This document shows, in pieces, positions 62,455 to 64,000 of a stretch of DNA of 64,000 nucleotides. The translations under genes were made by a program, and so were the position numbers. The DNA comes from Hormiphora californensis (lineage: Eukaryota; Animalia; Ctenophora). The notes under the pieces were generated by a model. That model was not told the origin of the DNA. It did no database searches and worked only from the letters and a program-made list of their open reading frames with translations. The stretch lies in assembly GCA_020137815.1 (NCBI GenBank), contig CM035361.1, positions 2,170,001 to 2,234,000 on the forward strand, given 5' to 3'. Every line of letters begins with the position of its first letter. Position 1 is the stretch's first letter.

Positions 62455-64000
62455 CCGAAGTGGTTCGGATCATATGAACAGCCCTTCTTGTGAAGTGGTG
62501 TGACAACAGACTCCTTCCAGGGATAGACCCTGTTCCGCATACATTGGTTGAACAGGTGTGGGACCAGAGTAGTTATCATGTGATCGCCGCAAGCTTTGAT
62601 AAACTCGTTAGCAATGCGGTCACATGATACCGCTTTGCCGTCTTCAATCTCTTGACTTCCCGTTTGACCTCTTCGAGTGTGACAGGGGAATTAAGTACAC
62701 TTTCTAGATCCATTCTTAGATCGGCTAGCGTACTATTTTCTTTGGTGCTGCTATTCAGACCAGGGGGTCTAGTCTTACCGCTGTACAGGTTTCGGAAAAA
62801 GCTGCAGAAATTTCTCATATCAAATGCGTCAAGAGAGCTGCGATTTTGGAGATTTTTCATTTTCTTAAGCTTGGCCCAGTTGATTGATCCATCATTAATT
62901 TCTCTCGTCAAGCTTTCCAGGTACTCCCTCTTCTTCTGCTTGATCAGCCTTCTGTAGAAGCCTTTTGCGTCATATAGCTTTTCCCTGTTGATGCTTATCG
63001 GGGATATGGACGCTTTCTTACAGTGTTTGTCCACTTCACGTTTAGCTTGAGCACAGTGTTTGTCAAACCAGGGCTGCCTATGGCGGAAACGGGCCTTTTT
63101 ACCTCGTTTGAAGGTAGCAGCAGCAAAAGCACTGTTTGCAGAGTCAATAAAGACATGTACCAGGGAATCATTTAGACGGATAGTATCTTCCTTTGGTGGA
63201 GCAAGGAGTATTGCTAACGGTAGTAGCAGCATCAATTGATGCTTGATCGTTGATACGTTCTGAGTACGCCTGCATTGCTCCCTCTTTTCTAGACTTGAAT
63301 TTGACGGGTGCGTCCTCAAGGGGTTCCATAATGTCGCTGCAAGTGATTCGTGTTGCTCCGATATTCAGAGTAGCAAGACAGGGACGATGGTCAGAGAAGC
63401 TGTTAAGATCTAGTACTCTGAAGGAGGATATCAAATCTAGCAGTGAAGCCGAAACTGCAGTATAGTCTACTACACTGCATCCATTGTATTTGATACATGT
63501 TAGTTGGCCTCCTATGTCCCCAAGTGTATTTCCGTTGAGGAGCGTCATGTTAGTTTCTGCAAGGAGGTTAAGTAGTGAATTTCCTCGGGCGTTGGGCTGT
63601 AACTTGTCTTGAGTGGTCCGCAGAGCTGTGGATATTGGAGTCGAACCAGGTCGAGCGGTGTCGGTGTCAATTTCCACCAGGGGGTTATTGAGGTTCCCCG
63701 TTCTTGCATTAAAGTCGCCTGTAAGAAGCATGTCAGCAGCCTGGTTCTGAAGGAGTAGGTCGAGTAGAGCGTCTAGTGTTGAGCCGCCTGATCTTGTTCT
63801 GTTCTTTTTGTAGGAAGAGTTTTTCTGGGCTATCGTAGACATTCACGAGAAGTATCGGCACTGAGGAGCTTCCAGTCCAGAATTGAATGGCCAAAATGTC
63901 ATCGCATTCGTTCGGGACTTGAGCCACTTTCCAACGCTTACAGAGGTCCCGTTCGACGCCAATGCATATACCACCGGATTTAGAGTTTGGCCTTAGCTTG
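62455..64000 (-). mobile_element. Decayed non-LTR retrotransposon (CR1/L2-group LINE): AP endonuclease and pre-RT region
   Basis: NVYDSP, LLTGDFNARTG, SVVDYTAVS and SDHRP (APE); PWFDKHC, SPVTLEEV and WKESVVTPLHKKG..DPNH (RT entry). Several frameshifts; truncated before the RT core. Confidence 0.92.

Overview
Eukaryotic (animal) genomic DNA, compact and intron-rich. It is most likely a ctenophore of the Pleurobrachia/Hormiphora type; this is inferred from recalled repeat families, nested genes and GPCR style, and is not verified. The left half is one large minus-strand gene, LYST (ATG ~33270, running off the window at base 1). Its introns host four nested genes: an F-box gene, a mu-class GST, a novel secreted Cys/Lys-rich repeat protein and an Ig-VWD-C8 protein. 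LYST is head-to-head with an 11-exon ADSS. Then come a small 3-exon membrane-protein gene (+), Pinin (-), an intronless class-A GPCR (+), PI4KB (-), NAT9 (-), a MADF transcription factor (+) and a decayed CR1/L2-type LINE. Introns are full of MITEs (pogo/Tc1, Kolobok, an 8-bp-TSD element), long foldbacks and microsatellites. Most notable: (1) at least a dozen splice junctions have been tandemly duplicated or amplified (up to ~17 copies), nearly all at AG|GT junctions, so each extra copy is itself a GT...AG unit; (2) a canonical minimal hammerhead ribozyme sits in a Penelope-like inverted insertion; (3) most start codons are closely preceded by an unpaired splice acceptor, suggesting SL trans-splicing and operon-like clusters. 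Scattered +1 frameshifts in otherwise conserved genes look like assembly errors. All exon and repeat coordinates were read by eye and may be off by a few bases.
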